Below the pieces are notes generated by a model that saw nothing but the letters and a program-made list of their open reading frames with translations, did no database searches and was not told the DNA's origin. Both the position numbers and the translations under genes were made by a program. From an uncultured Candidatus Saccharibacteria bacterium (lineage in GTDB: Bacteria > Patescibacteriota > Doudnabacteria > UBA920): 64,000 nt of DNA. Below, one piece after another: positions 45,219 through 54,643 of this stretch (position 1 is its first letter; each line of letters opens with the position of its first letter). The stretch covers positions 9,889 through 73,888 of the forward strand of contig CAZQMO010000002.1 in the NCBI GenBank assembly GCA_964594755.1. The letters run 5' to 3'.

Positions 45219-46436
45219 TTATTCTGCTTTTACTTCTTCTACAGGAGCTTCTTCTGATTTTTCTTCTTTCTTTTCAGCTTTTACTGGAGCTTCAGTTAAT
45301 TGCTTAATTGAAAGCCCTAGGCGATGTTCTGCAGGTTCAATAGAAATTACTTTGAACTCGCGTTCCTCACCTTCTTTGACAATATCATTAGCATCCTTAA
45401 CTTCTTCCCAGGCCAATTCACCTAGGTGAGCCAAGCCTTGAATATCTTCGTCCAATTCTACGAATACACCAAAAGGCATGATCTTAGAAACCTTACCCTT
45501 CACTACTTGTTCGAGTTGGTACTTCTTTACAGCTTCCTGCCAAGGGTCAGTTTGCAATTGTTTAATTGAAAGTGACACGCGTCCTTTTTCAATTGCAATA
45601 ATTTTGGCTTTGACTGTGTCGCCAACCTTGAATAAATCTTTTGGATTTTCAATACGCTGCCAAGCTAATTCGGAAATGTGGACCAGGCCTTCCATCTCAC
45701 CAAACTTAACGAACACACCGAAGTCTACAATACCAGTAATCTGGCCAGTCACAACCTCACCGATCTTAAGTGAGGAGAGGTTCTTTTGCAATTCTTCCTC
45801 GTGAACAGCTTTTTCGGAAACAATCAGTTTTTCTTCTTCGGCGTCAGCAGTGATAACTTGGACGCTAAAGTTTTCGCCAACATAACTGTTTAAAATTCCC
45901 AAGATGCGATTTTTGTCGCCCTCTTCTACACGAGGGTAGTGTTCGATGGAAAGTTGAGATACTGGCAAGAATCCAGGAACGTTATTTACCTCAACCATTA
46001 AACCACCTTTGTTGGCAGAAACAATTTTGGTAGAAATAACTTCTTTACTTTCGAGCAAGTCGCGCAGCTTTTGCCAAACACGTTCGTGTCCAGCTTGGCG
46101 AAGAGATAACTCTACATTACCTTCACGATTTTCTGTTTCAACAACAGATGCTTCAATTGCATCGCCAGGCTTTAGAGAATTTAGTGTTGCTTGGTCATCA
46201 TAAAGTTCACGACCGCGAACCACACCAACACCGTAACCAGCTAAGTTTAAGTAAACTTCATTCTTGGTTACAGAAATGATAGTTCCTTCAACCATATCGC
46301 CAGGTTTAAGCACGCGAATTTCCGCGCCACTGGTAAGCAAGTCGGTCATGGTTTGAGCACTGCTGTCTCCAGCGGTGGAAGGAGTGATCATTTCACCTTG
46401 GGGCGCAGTAGCTTCTGCAATATTGTCTTCTGACAT
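45219..46436 (-). CDS. rpsA: 30S ribosomal protein S1 (four S1 domains)
   Basis: Repeated S1 motifs (GxV…GLVHISE…), an acidic C-terminus, and a 405-aa length. Confidence 0.9.
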   Translation of the reverse strand: MSEDNIAEATAPQGEMITPSTAGDSSAQTMTDLLTSGAEIRVLKPGDMVEGTIISVTKNEVYLNLAGYGVGVVRGRELYDDQATLNSLKPGDAIEASVVETENREGNVELSLRQAGHERVWQKLRDLLESKEVISTKIVSANKGGLMVEVNNVPGFLPVSQLSIEHYPRVEEGDKNRILGILNSYVGENFSVQVITADAEEEKLIVSEKAVHEEELQKNLSSLKIGEVVTGQITGIVDFGVFVKFGEMEGLVHISELAWQRIENPKDLFKVGDTVKAKIIAIEKGRVSLSIKQLQTDPWQEAVKKYQLEQVVKGKVSKIMPFGVFVELDEDIQGLAHLGELAWEEVKDANDIVKEGEEREFKVISIEPAEHRLGLSIKQLTEAPVKAEKKEEKSEEAPVEEVKAE

Positions 46437-46816
46437 ATTTATTACTTTCTATAATATACAAAGAATTCCTTGGATGGACAAACCCGGAAGGGGCTTTTCT
46501 CTTCCAACGGTCGCTTCGCGACCTGCCTCCCTTTTCCAAGGTTGCTCAAGCACTGGCAAAGCCAGATACCTTCGCGACTATAAATAAAAAACAACGCATT
46601 AGACGTTGAATGAATATCTAAAAACGATTTATGTATATTAATTATTAAACGTGCCCATTACTTAGACTTACTGGGGGTTAAAATTTAGATTTGGCTTCTT
46701 TTCAGAGCCAAGGGCGACGTGCGCCAGCAAGTAACTCAATTATAGGGCAAAATTGGGCAACTGTCTAGTCAAAAAGTCTCTTAAATAAAAGAGAAAAAAC
46801 TGCATTTTTAAGCACT

Positions 46817-46851
46817 ATTTTCGTTGTCTGAGGGTAAAAAAACTGCTATAA
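46817..46851 (+). promoter_or_regulatory. Sigma70-like promoter with an extended -10 (TTGTCT, 17-nt spacer, TGcTATAAT). The ATG lies 8 nt downstream, so the mRNA is leaderless or nearly so.
   Basis: Sequence match to the promoter consensus, immediately upstream of the 46859 ORF. Confidence 0.5.
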
Positions 46852-46858
46852 TTTTTGT

Positions 46859-47488
46859 ATGCAAATTCACTATTTTGGGCTGTCTAGCTTTAAAATTGTT
46901 ACCAAAGACGCCACCATAATTACTGACCCTTTTGATAAGGAATCTGGCCTAGTCCCTCCAAGGGGAGCAGCTGATATAGTCATTCTAGCCGAGAAAAACA
47001 ACCAACTTTATAACGCCATCTCTGGTATCCAAGGAGAGCCTTTTTTAATTACAGACCCTGGGGAATACGATCTCAAGGGCGTCACAGTCACTGGGATTCC
47101 ACTCCTTCAAGATGAAGGTCGTTACGTTACTGTGTTCTTAATCGAGAGTGAAGACATCGCCATTCTTAATCTTGCCCATAACCGTGAATGGAATATCAAA
47201 CAAGATGATTTAGATGATCTTGGAGAGATCGATATTTTGATTTTGCCAGTTGGAAGTAATAGTGTGCTTACCCCAAAGTTAGCTTCACAAATTGCGCACG
47301 ACATTGAACCAAAAATTGTAATTCCTTCCCATTACGAAACAGCTGGACTCAAACTGCCAAACGAAAAAGTAGATGTGTTCATTAAAACGTTCGGTGGTAA
47401 ATCTGAGAACATGGAAAAACTGTTAATAAAGAAAAAAGATTTAGTAGAAGACAAAACTCAAATCATAACTTTAGACCCATTACGATAA
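46859..47488 (+). CDS. MBL-fold (Lactamase_B_3-like) hydrolase-family protein that appears to lack the HxHxDH metal motif
   Basis: N-terminus MQIHYFGLSSFKIV…IITDPF and C-terminus ILILPVG…KIVIPSHYE fit the MBL fold, but the His cluster is absent. Confidence 0.5.
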   Translation: MQIHYFGLSSFKIVTKDATIITDPFDKESGLVPPRGAADIVILAEKNNQLYNAISGIQGEPFLITDPGEYDLKGVTVTGIPLLQDEGRYVTVFLIESEDIAILNLAHNREWNIKQDDLDDLGEIDILILPVGSNSVLTPKLASQIAHDIEPKIVIPSHYETAGLKLPNEKVDVFIKTFGGKSENMEKLLIKKKDLVEDKTQIITLDPLR

Positions 47489-47492
47489 ATTT

Positions 47493-47711
47493 ATGAAACA
47501 ACTCATTGCTAACATCAGAAACAAACCTCAACATCATAAGCATCGCATTGTCATGATTGCCGTAATCGGCATGGCCGCGTTCCTGTTATTGCTTTGGGTA
47601 ATTGTAGGAATGCCGCCAAGACAAACTGATGGTGGTGATGTAATCAATGAGATTAGCACTGACATTAACGAAAACCAAAACACCTTACCTGATTTATTCC
47701 CTAAGCAATAA
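47493..47711 (+). CDS. Small membrane protein (one TM helix), hypothetical
   Basis: 72-aa ORF with a TM helix (IVMIAVIGMAAFLLLLWVIVGM), tightly packed between the MBL-like gene and gyrA. Confidence 0.4.
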   Translation: MKQLIANIRNKPQHHKHRIVMIAVIGMAAFLLLLWVIVGMPPRQTDGGDVINEISTDINENQNTLPDLFPKQ

Positions 47712-47716
47712 CCCTT

Positions 47717-50185
47717 ATGGCCAAAGAAGAAACACGTCCAGCACAATCTAATATCGGAGTAGTAAAACAGCGTTTCCTGGAACAGGAGATGCAAGAGTCT
47801 TACCTTGATTACGCCATGAGCGTAATTGTTACCCGTGCACTGCCTGACGTGCGCGATGGACTTAAACCAGTTCACCGTCGCATATTGTATGCTATGCACG
47901 CCATGGGTTTGCGTAGTGGGGGCAAAACCACCAAGAGCGCAAAGGTAGTCGGTGAAGTGCTTGGTAAATTTCACCCTCATGGTGACACAGCTGTGTATGA
48001 TTCCATGGTTCACATGGCGCAAGAGTTTGCCATGCGTTATCCATTAGTTATCGGGCAGGGTAACTTTGGATCTATGGACGGGGATAATCCTGCAGCCATG
48101 CGTTATACCGAAGCTAAAATGAGCCAAATCGCTGAAGTAATCTTAGAAGATATTGATAAAGACACTGTGGATTGGCGTGATAACTATGACTCGACCGAAA
48201 AAGAGCCAGTTGTTTTACCTGGAAAACTGCCAAATCTATTACTCAATGGAACCCTGGGGATTGCCGTAGGCATGGCTACTGATATCCCTCCACACAACCT
48301 TACCGAAGTTTCAGACGCAATTATCGCGGTAATTGAAAACGAAGATATCAGTATCGATGAGCTAACCGACATTGTCCAAGGACCAGATTTCCCAACTGGA
48401 GGTATTATTTATGATCGCAAGGCCATCAAAGAAGCTTACTCAACCGGTAAGGGCGGCATTGTTACTCGGGCCAAAACCGAAATTGATGAAATGAAGAATG
48501 GCCAAATGCGCATCGTGATTAGCGAGATTCCTTACCGAGTTAATAAAGCAACTTTGTTAGAAAAAATTGCTTTGTTGGTTCAAGAGAAAAAAGTTGAAGG
48601 CATCAAGGATGTTCGTGATGAAAGTGATAAAGATGGTGTCCGCGTAGTTATCGAGCTTAAGAAAGGTGCGCTAGCTAATAAAATCTTAAACCAATTATTC
48701 AAGTACACTCAACTTCAAGATACTTTCCACATGAACACCTTGGCGTTAGTTGATGGCATCGAACCTCACGTGCTCAATCTCAAAACTATATTAGAAAAGT
48801 TTATTGAGCACCGCCAAATTGTAGTTCGTCGTCGCACTGAATTTGAATTACGCAAAGCCAAAGACCGTGCACATGTTTTGGAAGGTTTAAAAATTGCCCT
48901 AGATAATATTGACGCTGTTATTAAAACTATCAGAGCCAGCAAAGATCGCACTGAAGCTCACGCTAACTTAGTTAAGAAATTTAAACTCACTGATATTCAA
49001 ACTAGTGCCATCTTGGACATGCGCTTACAAACCTTGGCTGGTTTGGAACGTAAAAAAATTGAGGATGAGCTTAAAGAAAAGCTCAAACTCATCGCTGAAC
49101 TGGAAGCAATCCTTAAGTCTCCTAAGAAAATTTTGGGAATCATCAAAGACGAAGTTATCGAGCTCAAAGATAAATTTGGTGACGAACGTCGTACCCAAAT
49201 TGTTCCTCAAGGAATCGGCGAATTCAAGGCAGAAGATTTGATTCCAGAAGATAACGTAATCATCTCTACAACCAAATCAGGTTATATCAAGAGACAGTCA
49301 CCTGACACTTACCGCCAGCAAAGTCGGGGTGGTAAGGGTGTAATCGGCCAAACTCTCAAAGAAGAAGATGTAATTGACTCGGTCCTTTCTGCTTCAACTC
49401 ATGACGATATTCTGTTCTTTACTAATAAAGGACGCTTATTAGTAACCAAGGCCTACGAATTACCTGAAAGCTCTCGAACCAGTAAGGGTCAGGCACTGGT
49501 AAATTTCCTCCAGTTAGCGCCAGAAGAATTTGCTACTGCAGTACTAGCAGTTCCAAAAGCTAGCAGCGCTCAATACCTAGTCATGGCCACTAGAAACGGT
49601 TTAATTAAGAAAGTGAAGCGTGACGAATTTACCAAAGTTCGCAAATCAGGGATTATTGCTTTGAATCTAAAAGGTGATGATGAATTGCGCTGGGTTAATG
49701 TTTCAAGTGGTGAAGATGAAATCATGCTTTCCACAGAAGATGGTCAAGCTATTCGCTTTAAGGAAACAGATGTTCGCCCAATGGGTCGCTTAGCAGCTGG
49801 TGTAACTGGTGTGCGTTTGAAGAAGGGTGATCACGTAATTTCCATGGATATTATCACTAAAGATATGAGTGGTGGCGGTAGGGAAGTACTCGTCATTACC
49901 CAAAATGGTTTAGGGAAAAAGACTCCACTTAAAGATTATAAAATTCAAAAACGCGCAGGGAGTGGAATCAAAACTGTAAAGATCACAGCAAAAACGGGAA
50001 AAATTGTATCGATGTGCATTCTTGGTTCAGAAGATGAAACCAAAGATTTATTGTTGATCTCGAAACAAGGACAAACTATTCGCACTCCTCTCAAAACAAT
50101 TTCCACTTTAGGCAGAGCTACTCAAGGCGTCAGAGTGATGAAATTAAATGATGATGATACTGTGGCTAGCGCTACAGTAGTCTAA
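47717..50185 (+). CDS. gyrA: DNA gyrase subunit A
   Basis: RALPDVRDGLKPVHRRILYAM, the catalytic Tyr region, and a C-terminal beta-pinwheel domain. Confidence 0.97.
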   Translation: MAKEETRPAQSNIGVVKQRFLEQEMQESYLDYAMSVIVTRALPDVRDGLKPVHRRILYAMHAMGLRSGGKTTKSAKVVGEVLGKFHPHGDTAVYDSMVHMAQEFAMRYPLVIGQGNFGSMDGDNPAAMRYTEAKMSQIAEVILEDIDKDTVDWRDNYDSTEKEPVVLPGKLPNLLLNGTLGIAVGMATDIPPHNLTEVSDAIIAVIENEDISIDELTDIVQGPDFPTGGIIYDRKAIKEAYSTGKGGIVTRAKTEIDEMKNGQMRIVISEIPYRVNKATLLEKIALLVQEKKVEGIKDVRDESDKDGVRVVIELKKGALANKILNQLFKYTQLQDTFHMNTLALVDGIEPHVLNLKTILEKFIEHRQIVVRRRTEFELRKAKDRAHVLEGLKIALDNIDAVIKTIRASKDRTEAHANLVKKFKLTDIQTSAILDMRLQTLAGLERKKIEDELKEKLKLIAELEAILKSPKKILGIIKDEVIELKDKFGDERRTQIVPQGIGEFKAEDLIPEDNVIISTTKSGYIKRQSPDTYRQQSRGGKGVIGQTLKEEDVIDSVLSASTHDDILFFTNKGRLLVTKAYELPESSRTSKGQALVNFLQLAPEEFATAVLAVPKASSAQYLVMATRNGLIKKVKRDEFTKVRKSGIIALNLKGDDELRWVNVSSGEDEIMLSTEDGQAIRFKETDVRPMGRLAAGVTGVRLKKGDHVISMDIITKDMSGGGREVLVITQNGLGKKTPLKDYKIQKRAGSGIKTVKITAKTGKIVSMCILGSEDETKDLLLISKQGQTIRTPLKTISTLGRATQGVRVMKLNDDDTVASATVV

Positions 50186-50230
50186 GCTGAAACCGCCCTT
50201 TAGTAAAAACTAAAGGCGGTTTTTAATAGT

Positions 50231-50259
50231 TGCCCACCGCGTTTGGGTTATCTATAATA
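50231..50259 (+). promoter_or_regulatory. Sigma70-like promoter (TTGCCC, 17-nt spacer, TATAAT) that drives the structured leader and tRNA-Ile
   Basis: Consensus-like -35 and -10 hexamers just downstream of gyrA. Confidence 0.5.
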
Positions 50260-50274
50260 TAGGAGCCCTCTACC

Positions 50275-50337
50275 CGCATTCACACTGGGGGACCAAGCAA
50301 GCATAGCGAGCCGAAGGGTTAAGTGTGAATGCGAAAT
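50275..50337 (+). repeat. Hairpin-A family repeat, copy 3
   Basis: cgcattcacacTGGGGGACCaagcaagcatagcgaGCCGAAGGGTTAAGtgtgaatgcg. Confidence 0.6.
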
Positions 50338-50493
50338 GTCTAGCTCCAGCCGTCGCTGAAGATTTGGCGGATAGGCAGTTGGCAAGAAGCGAAAGCTTAT
50401 TTCCATGCCATCCGTTCAGCGGGGGCATCTGAAAAGTTCGCCGGCGGGCGAATCCTTTTGAAAAAGAGTTGCCCGGTATCAAAATCTTTTGGG

Positions 50494-50570
50494 GGGCGTG
50501 TAGCTCAGTTGGTTAGAGCACCAAGCTTATACCTTGGCGGTCCTTGGTTCAACTCCAAGCACGCCCACCA
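50494..50570 (+). tRNA. tRNA-Ile (anticodon TAT/UAU)
   Basis: GGGCGTGTAGCTCAGTTGGTTAGAGC, anticodon stem CCAAG/CTTGG with loop CTTATAC, T-loop GGTTCAACTCC, and CCA. It is flanked by the perfect inverted repeat atcaaaatctttt / aaaagattttgat. Confidence 0.8.
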
Positions 50571-50703
50571 AAAGATTTTGATCAACTCTATACCTTTGTG
50601 GTCCGCTACCTGCCCTGTTAAATGCCACGAAGTGCAAGCATTTACCTCTTGCGAAGAAGTACTCTGCGGAGCTTTAGCGAAACAGGGCATAAACAATAAT
50701 TAT

Positions 50704-50973
50704 ATGAGTCCCGACAAACAACAAGAAATCTTCGAAGAGAAGTACGAACGGAAACTCGGTATGTCATACAATGACTGGCTGGAAACTGCTCCAGAAACCG
50801 AGGATCAGGCTTACGAAAAATTGGCCGAAATCGACGCAGAATTAAAGAATATCGCGGATATCTTACCCGAAACATCCGGCGAAGAACGAGAAGAGATGGA
50901 AGATGAACGTGATCAGCTCAAATTAGAATACGACCTGATTGAAGAAATGTTTGGTCTAGAACTAGATGACTAA
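50704..50973 (+). CDS. Small acidic hypothetical protein; its stop overlaps the rsmI start (TAATG)
   Basis: 89-aa Glu/Asp-rich ORF, translationally coupled to rsmI. The track's longer ORF from 50458 would overlap tRNA-Ile. Confidence 0.4.
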   Translation: MSPDKQQEIFEEKYERKLGMSYNDWLETAPETEDQAYEKLAEIDAELKNIADILPETSGEEREEMEDERDQLKLEYDLIEEMFGLELDD

Positions 50974-51638
50974 TGTTATATATAGTACCCACACCACTAG
51001 GCAATCTTGATGACATCACCGCGCGCGCAAAACAAACTCTTAGCGCGTGCGATTTTATGATTGCCGAGAACCCTGCCCAAACCCATAAATTATTACAACT
51101 ACTCAATCTTCCCAAAAAAGAAGTGAAACAGTTTGCAGATCATAATGAACGTCAGGTCCTAGATGGTTTGGTTGAAAGGTTGCAAAACGAAACAGGTTGT
51201 TTAGTTAGCGATGCGGGTATGCCAGGAATTTCTGATCCTGGATTTCGTATAGTTCGTGCTTGTCGTGAACAAACAATCGAAGTTGTTGCCTTACCAGGTC
51301 CCAGCGCAGCCATCACTGCTTTAGCTGGTTCAGGACTACCAACTGATAAATTTCTATTCTCAGGATTTCTGCCAAAGACTGAACCAAAGTTAAATAAAAT
51401 TATAGAGGAAGCAAAAAACATTGAAGCTACTTTGATTAGCTATGAATCACCACAACGACTCCTAAAAACCATAGAATTAATCGATAAGAGTTTCCCTGAA
51501 GCAAATATAGTGGTAGCTAGAGAATTAACCAAACTACACGAAGAATATTTATCTGGCACGGCCCAACAGGTTTTGGCTATACTAAAACAGAAGCCGAGTA
51601 TCAAAGGCGAGGTTACTATTTTAATCTCTTTTAAATAA
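50973..51638 (+). CDS. rsmI: 16S rRNA (cytidine1402-2'-O)-methyltransferase RsmI
   Basis: YIVPTPLGNLDDIT…ALPGPSAAITAL, a tetrapyrrole-methylase fold typical of RsmI. Confidence 0.85.
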   Translation: MLYIVPTPLGNLDDITARAKQTLSACDFMIAENPAQTHKLLQLLNLPKKEVKQFADHNERQVLDGLVERLQNETGCLVSDAGMPGISDPGFRIVRACREQTIEVVALPGPSAAITALAGSGLPTDKFLFSGFLPKTEPKLNKIIEEAKNIEATLISYESPQRLLKTIELIDKSFPEANIVVARELTKLHEEYLSGTAQQVLAILKQKPSIKGEVTILISFK

Positions 51639-51815
51639 ATAATAGTAATAGGCTTCAAAGGTTGAGCTAAGTTCGACACGAGCTTGGTCGGGCTAAGCCC
51701 GACCATCGCAAGCTCGAAGCTGACGAGCAGTGAGTGAGGCGTAATGAAAGTTACGACGAACGAATAGCGCAGCCAGCGACAAAGAAATTAGCCAATATAT
51801 GAAGCCGTAATCAAT

Positions 51816-52358
51816 ATGAGTGGACATAGTAAATGGTCAACAATAAAACGAGCTAAAGGTGTGGCTGATGCTAAACGCGGCGCCTTGTTTGGCAAACTTT
51901 CAAAAAAAATCACACTCGCCACTAAAGATGGGAAGAGTGGTGATCCAAACTTCAATCCCCGGTTACGACTAGAAATTGATAAGGCCAAACAAGTCGGTAT
52001 GCCTAACGATAATATCGAACGGGCCATTAAAAAAGGATTGGGGAATGACGGCTCTAATGCCTATGAAGAGGTTATTTATGAGGGATATGGCCCAGGCGGT
52101 TCAGCTTTTTTAATAGAGGCCATCACTGATAATAAGAATCGAACGGTGCAAAGCATCAAAACCATCTTCACCAAAAACAGTGGTAATCTGGGGGCTCAGG
52201 GAAGCGTGGCTTGGCAGTTCAAGAAGACCGAAACCGGAGAAATGGAGAGCGCTATACCCCTCGAACTCAGTGATGAAGATTTAACCAAAGCCGAACGGCT
52301 TTATAACGCGCTTGATGATGACGATGACGTCACTGCTGTTTATACTAACATTCAATAA
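51816..52358 (+). CDS. yebC: YebC/PmpR-family transcriptional regulator (compact)
   Basis: [28 protein letters not shown]… is typical of YebC. Confidence 0.85.
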   Translation: MSGHSKWSTIKRAKGVADAKRGALFGKLSKKITLATKDGKSGDPNFNPRLRLEIDKAKQVGMPNDNIERAIKKGLGNDGSNAYEEVIYEGYGPGGSAFLIEAITDNKNRTVQSIKTIFTKNSGNLGAQGSVAWQFKKTETGEMESAIPLELSDEDLTKAERLYNALDDDDDVTAVYTNIQ

Positions 52359-52359
52359 C

Positions 52360-52833
52360 ATGATAATTTTAGGAATTGACCCAGGGACAGCCACGACTGG
52401 TTTTGGATTAATACAATCAGGTAAAACCAAAACAGAATTTGAAGTTTTGGACTTTGGGGTAATCGAAACCAAAAAAACTGATAGCGATGCCAAACGTTTA
52501 GAAATCTTATTCGATGATCTTTCACAGTTAATAAAAAAATATGGGCCAAGTAAGGTTGGAGTAGAAAAATTATTTTTCTCTAGTAACCAAACAACGGCCA
52601 TGACAGTTTCGCAGGCAAGAGGAGTAGTTCTGCTGGCCTGCAATAAGGCCAAACTACATATTATTGAGTTCACCCCATTACAAGTAAAAAATACTTTATG
52701 TGGTAATGGTCGAGCAGAAAAAAGTCAGGTCCAAAAAATGGTACAACAAACTTTTGGATTAAAAAATATTCCTAAACCAGACGATGCCGCTGACGCTTTA
52801 GCAATCGCGTTATGCGCAGCTTGGCAAAAATAA
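52360..52833 (+). CDS. ruvC: Crossover junction endodeoxyribonuclease RuvC
   Basis: IILGIDPGTATTGFGL…DAADALAIALCAA. Start taken at the ATG at 52360, which overlaps the yebC stop. Confidence 0.85.
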   Translation: MIILGIDPGTATTGFGLIQSGKTKTEFEVLDFGVIETKKTDSDAKRLEILFDDLSQLIKKYGPSKVGVEKLFFSSNQTTAMTVSQARGVVLLACNKAKLHIIEFTPLQVKNTLCGNGRAEKSQVQKMVQQTFGLKNIPKPDDAADALAIALCAAWQK

Positions 52834-52971
52834 TTCTGAGCAAATTTTCCTGTTTTTGCCCTAGACAAATTATTTTTCTAATGCTACACTGCTTATACAG
52901 TTCAGCAATTTGGACTGCGTCTTTTTATCAGTAAGGCTTTGTGCATTTGTACAAAGTAAGGAGAACGAAAT

Positions 52972-53109
52972 ATGTTCTTTGATGACGAAATGGACAACAC
53001 TGGTTCTGATGCTGGTGCTTCTACCGAAGACACTGGTGCTGAATCTACTGGCGAAGAAACCCCTGCTGCAGAAGAAAATGCAGAAGGCGGCGAAGAAGCT
53101 GGAATGTAA
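52972..53109 (+). CDS. Small acidic protein of 45 aa (MFFDDEMDNTGSDAGASTEDTGAESTGEETPAAEENAEGGEEAGM)
   Basis: Strong ribosome-binding site (AAGGAG) 7 nt upstream of the ATG, and a clean terminator directly after the stop. Not in the ORF track because it is shorter than 60 aa. Confidence 0.5.
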   Translation: MFFDDEMDNTGSDAGASTEDTGAESTGEETPAAEENAEGGEEAGM

Positions 53110-53112
53110 TTT

Positions 53113-53139
53113 AAAACCCTCTATTATTTAGAGGGTTTT
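53113..53139 (+). terminator. Rho-independent terminator
   Basis: aaaaccctc-tattattta-gagggtttt. Confidence 0.75.
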
Positions 53140-53235
53140 AAATTATGTTTCTGGGGTTTGTAAATTTGGACTATTTGTATATTACACAAATCTGAAAACA
53201 CCAACACTTTCTGCAAACCTGCGAACGATCGGATA

Positions 53236-54411
53236 TTATCTTATTTTGAGAAACTTTCTTTTACCAACTTGAACGACTAAGTCGTTTTTTTGTTTAATCT
53301 CAATTTCCGCTTGATTGTAAGTCTTTTGGTTAATCTTCAGGCCATTTTGTAACTGCAAACGACGAGCCTCATTTTTACTGCCTACTAGTTTCAATTGTAA
53401 AAGCAAGTCTGAAATTTGATATTTACCTGGCTTCACAGTAACTGTTTTGATATCTAATGGTAATTCTTTTTTGCTAAACTGACTCACGAATTGTTGTTTT
53501 GCTTCACTTGCTAGCCTAGCATTGTGATACATTGCGGTTACAGTCTCTGCCAAAATCATCTTCTGGTCACGAGGATGGCTGTTGTCTGTTAAGATTTTTT
53601 GAATCTCTGATTGGGTTAAATTAGTGGCAAACAAAAAATATTTTTGGATTAATTTGTCATCGATGCTCATCAACTTCCCAAACATATCAGTTGGCTTATC
53701 GGTTAAGTTAATACTGTTGCCCCAAGAGCTGGACATCTTACGTCCATCTGTTCCTTCAAGTAGTTCAACCATCAATACATCTTGTGGGGTTTGCCCATAA
53801 GCTTCTTGAATGGTTCGACCTGCCAACATGTTAAACTTTTGATCAGTTCCGCCTAACTCCACATCAGCTTTAACCATCACGCTGTCGTAGCCTTGCATTA
53901 ATGGATACATAAGTTCACGCAAGCTTACGCGCTTCCCAGCATCAAGACGCTTCTTAATATTTTCTCGTGAAGAAAATTCATGCAAACCAAACAGGTTTGC
54001 CAGCTTACCAATTTCAGTAAATCCTAACTTCTTTAACCACTTAGAATTATAGTGAAACTCAGTTTTGTTTTTATCCAAAATCTTATAAGCCTGATCCAAG
54101 TAAGACTTTAAATTACTTTTAATTTCTTTCTCGGTCAGCATCGGACGTTCTGCATCTTTGTCAGAAGTATCACCAATTTGTCCTGTGAAGTCACCAATAA
54201 TAAATACAACTTTGTGGCCCAAATCTTGGAATGCACGGAGTTTCCACAGTACCACAGCCCGACCAATATGAATGTTGGCACTAGTCGGATCAATGCCTAG
54301 CTTAATGCGAAGCTTCTTTGAGCCCTTTAATTTTTTCTCTAAACTACTGGCTTGGATAACTTCAGCAACAGATCGTTTTAAAATACTCTTAATTTGTTCG
54401 TCTTTTTTCAT
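53236..54411 (-). CDS. tyrS: Tyrosine--tRNA ligase
   Basis: HIGH-type motif (ANIHIGRAV), a KMSKS variant (RKMSSSWGN), and a C-terminal S4 domain. Confidence 0.9.
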   Translation of the reverse strand: MKKDEQIKSILKRSVAEVIQASSLEKKLKGSKKLRIKLGIDPTSANIHIGRAVVLWKLRAFQDLGHKVVFIIGDFTGQIGDTSDKDAERPMLTEKEIKSNLKSYLDQAYKILDKNKTEFHYNSKWLKKLGFTEIGKLANLFGLHEFSSRENIKKRLDAGKRVSLRELMYPLMQGYDSVMVKADVELGGTDQKFNMLAGRTIQEAYGQTPQDVLMVELLEGTDGRKMSSSWGNSINLTDKPTDMFGKLMSIDDKLIQKYFLFATNLTQSEIQKILTDNSHPRDQKMILAETVTAMYHNARLASEAKQQFVSQFSKKELPLDIKTVTVKPGKYQISDLLLQLKLVGSKNEARRLQLQNGLKINQKTYNQAEIEIKQKNDLVVQVGKRKFLKIR

Positions 54412-54643
54412 GTTACAAAACCTTAGAAATTGTCGTTATATTACCTGAATTATACCATTATTTATAATGTTTGGCTTTGTTGAGCAAACAATGCCAATTT
54501 AGTTCTACTTTTAATGAAAAATCAGTATAATAATAGTAATTCACCCTGTTGTGTCATTAGCTTGTTAAGCAGGGTGAGATTGTAGCTATGTATTAATAAG
54601 TAACTATCTCTATTATTAATTTTGCCAAGGAAAATCTAACAGG

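Noticed and set aside
50270-50696. Track ORFs 50270..50482 (-), 50505..50696 (-), and the 5' part of 50458..50973 (+)
   Set aside because: They overlap the structured leader and tRNA-Ile. Only the 50704..50973 portion of the third is kept as a possible small acidic protein.
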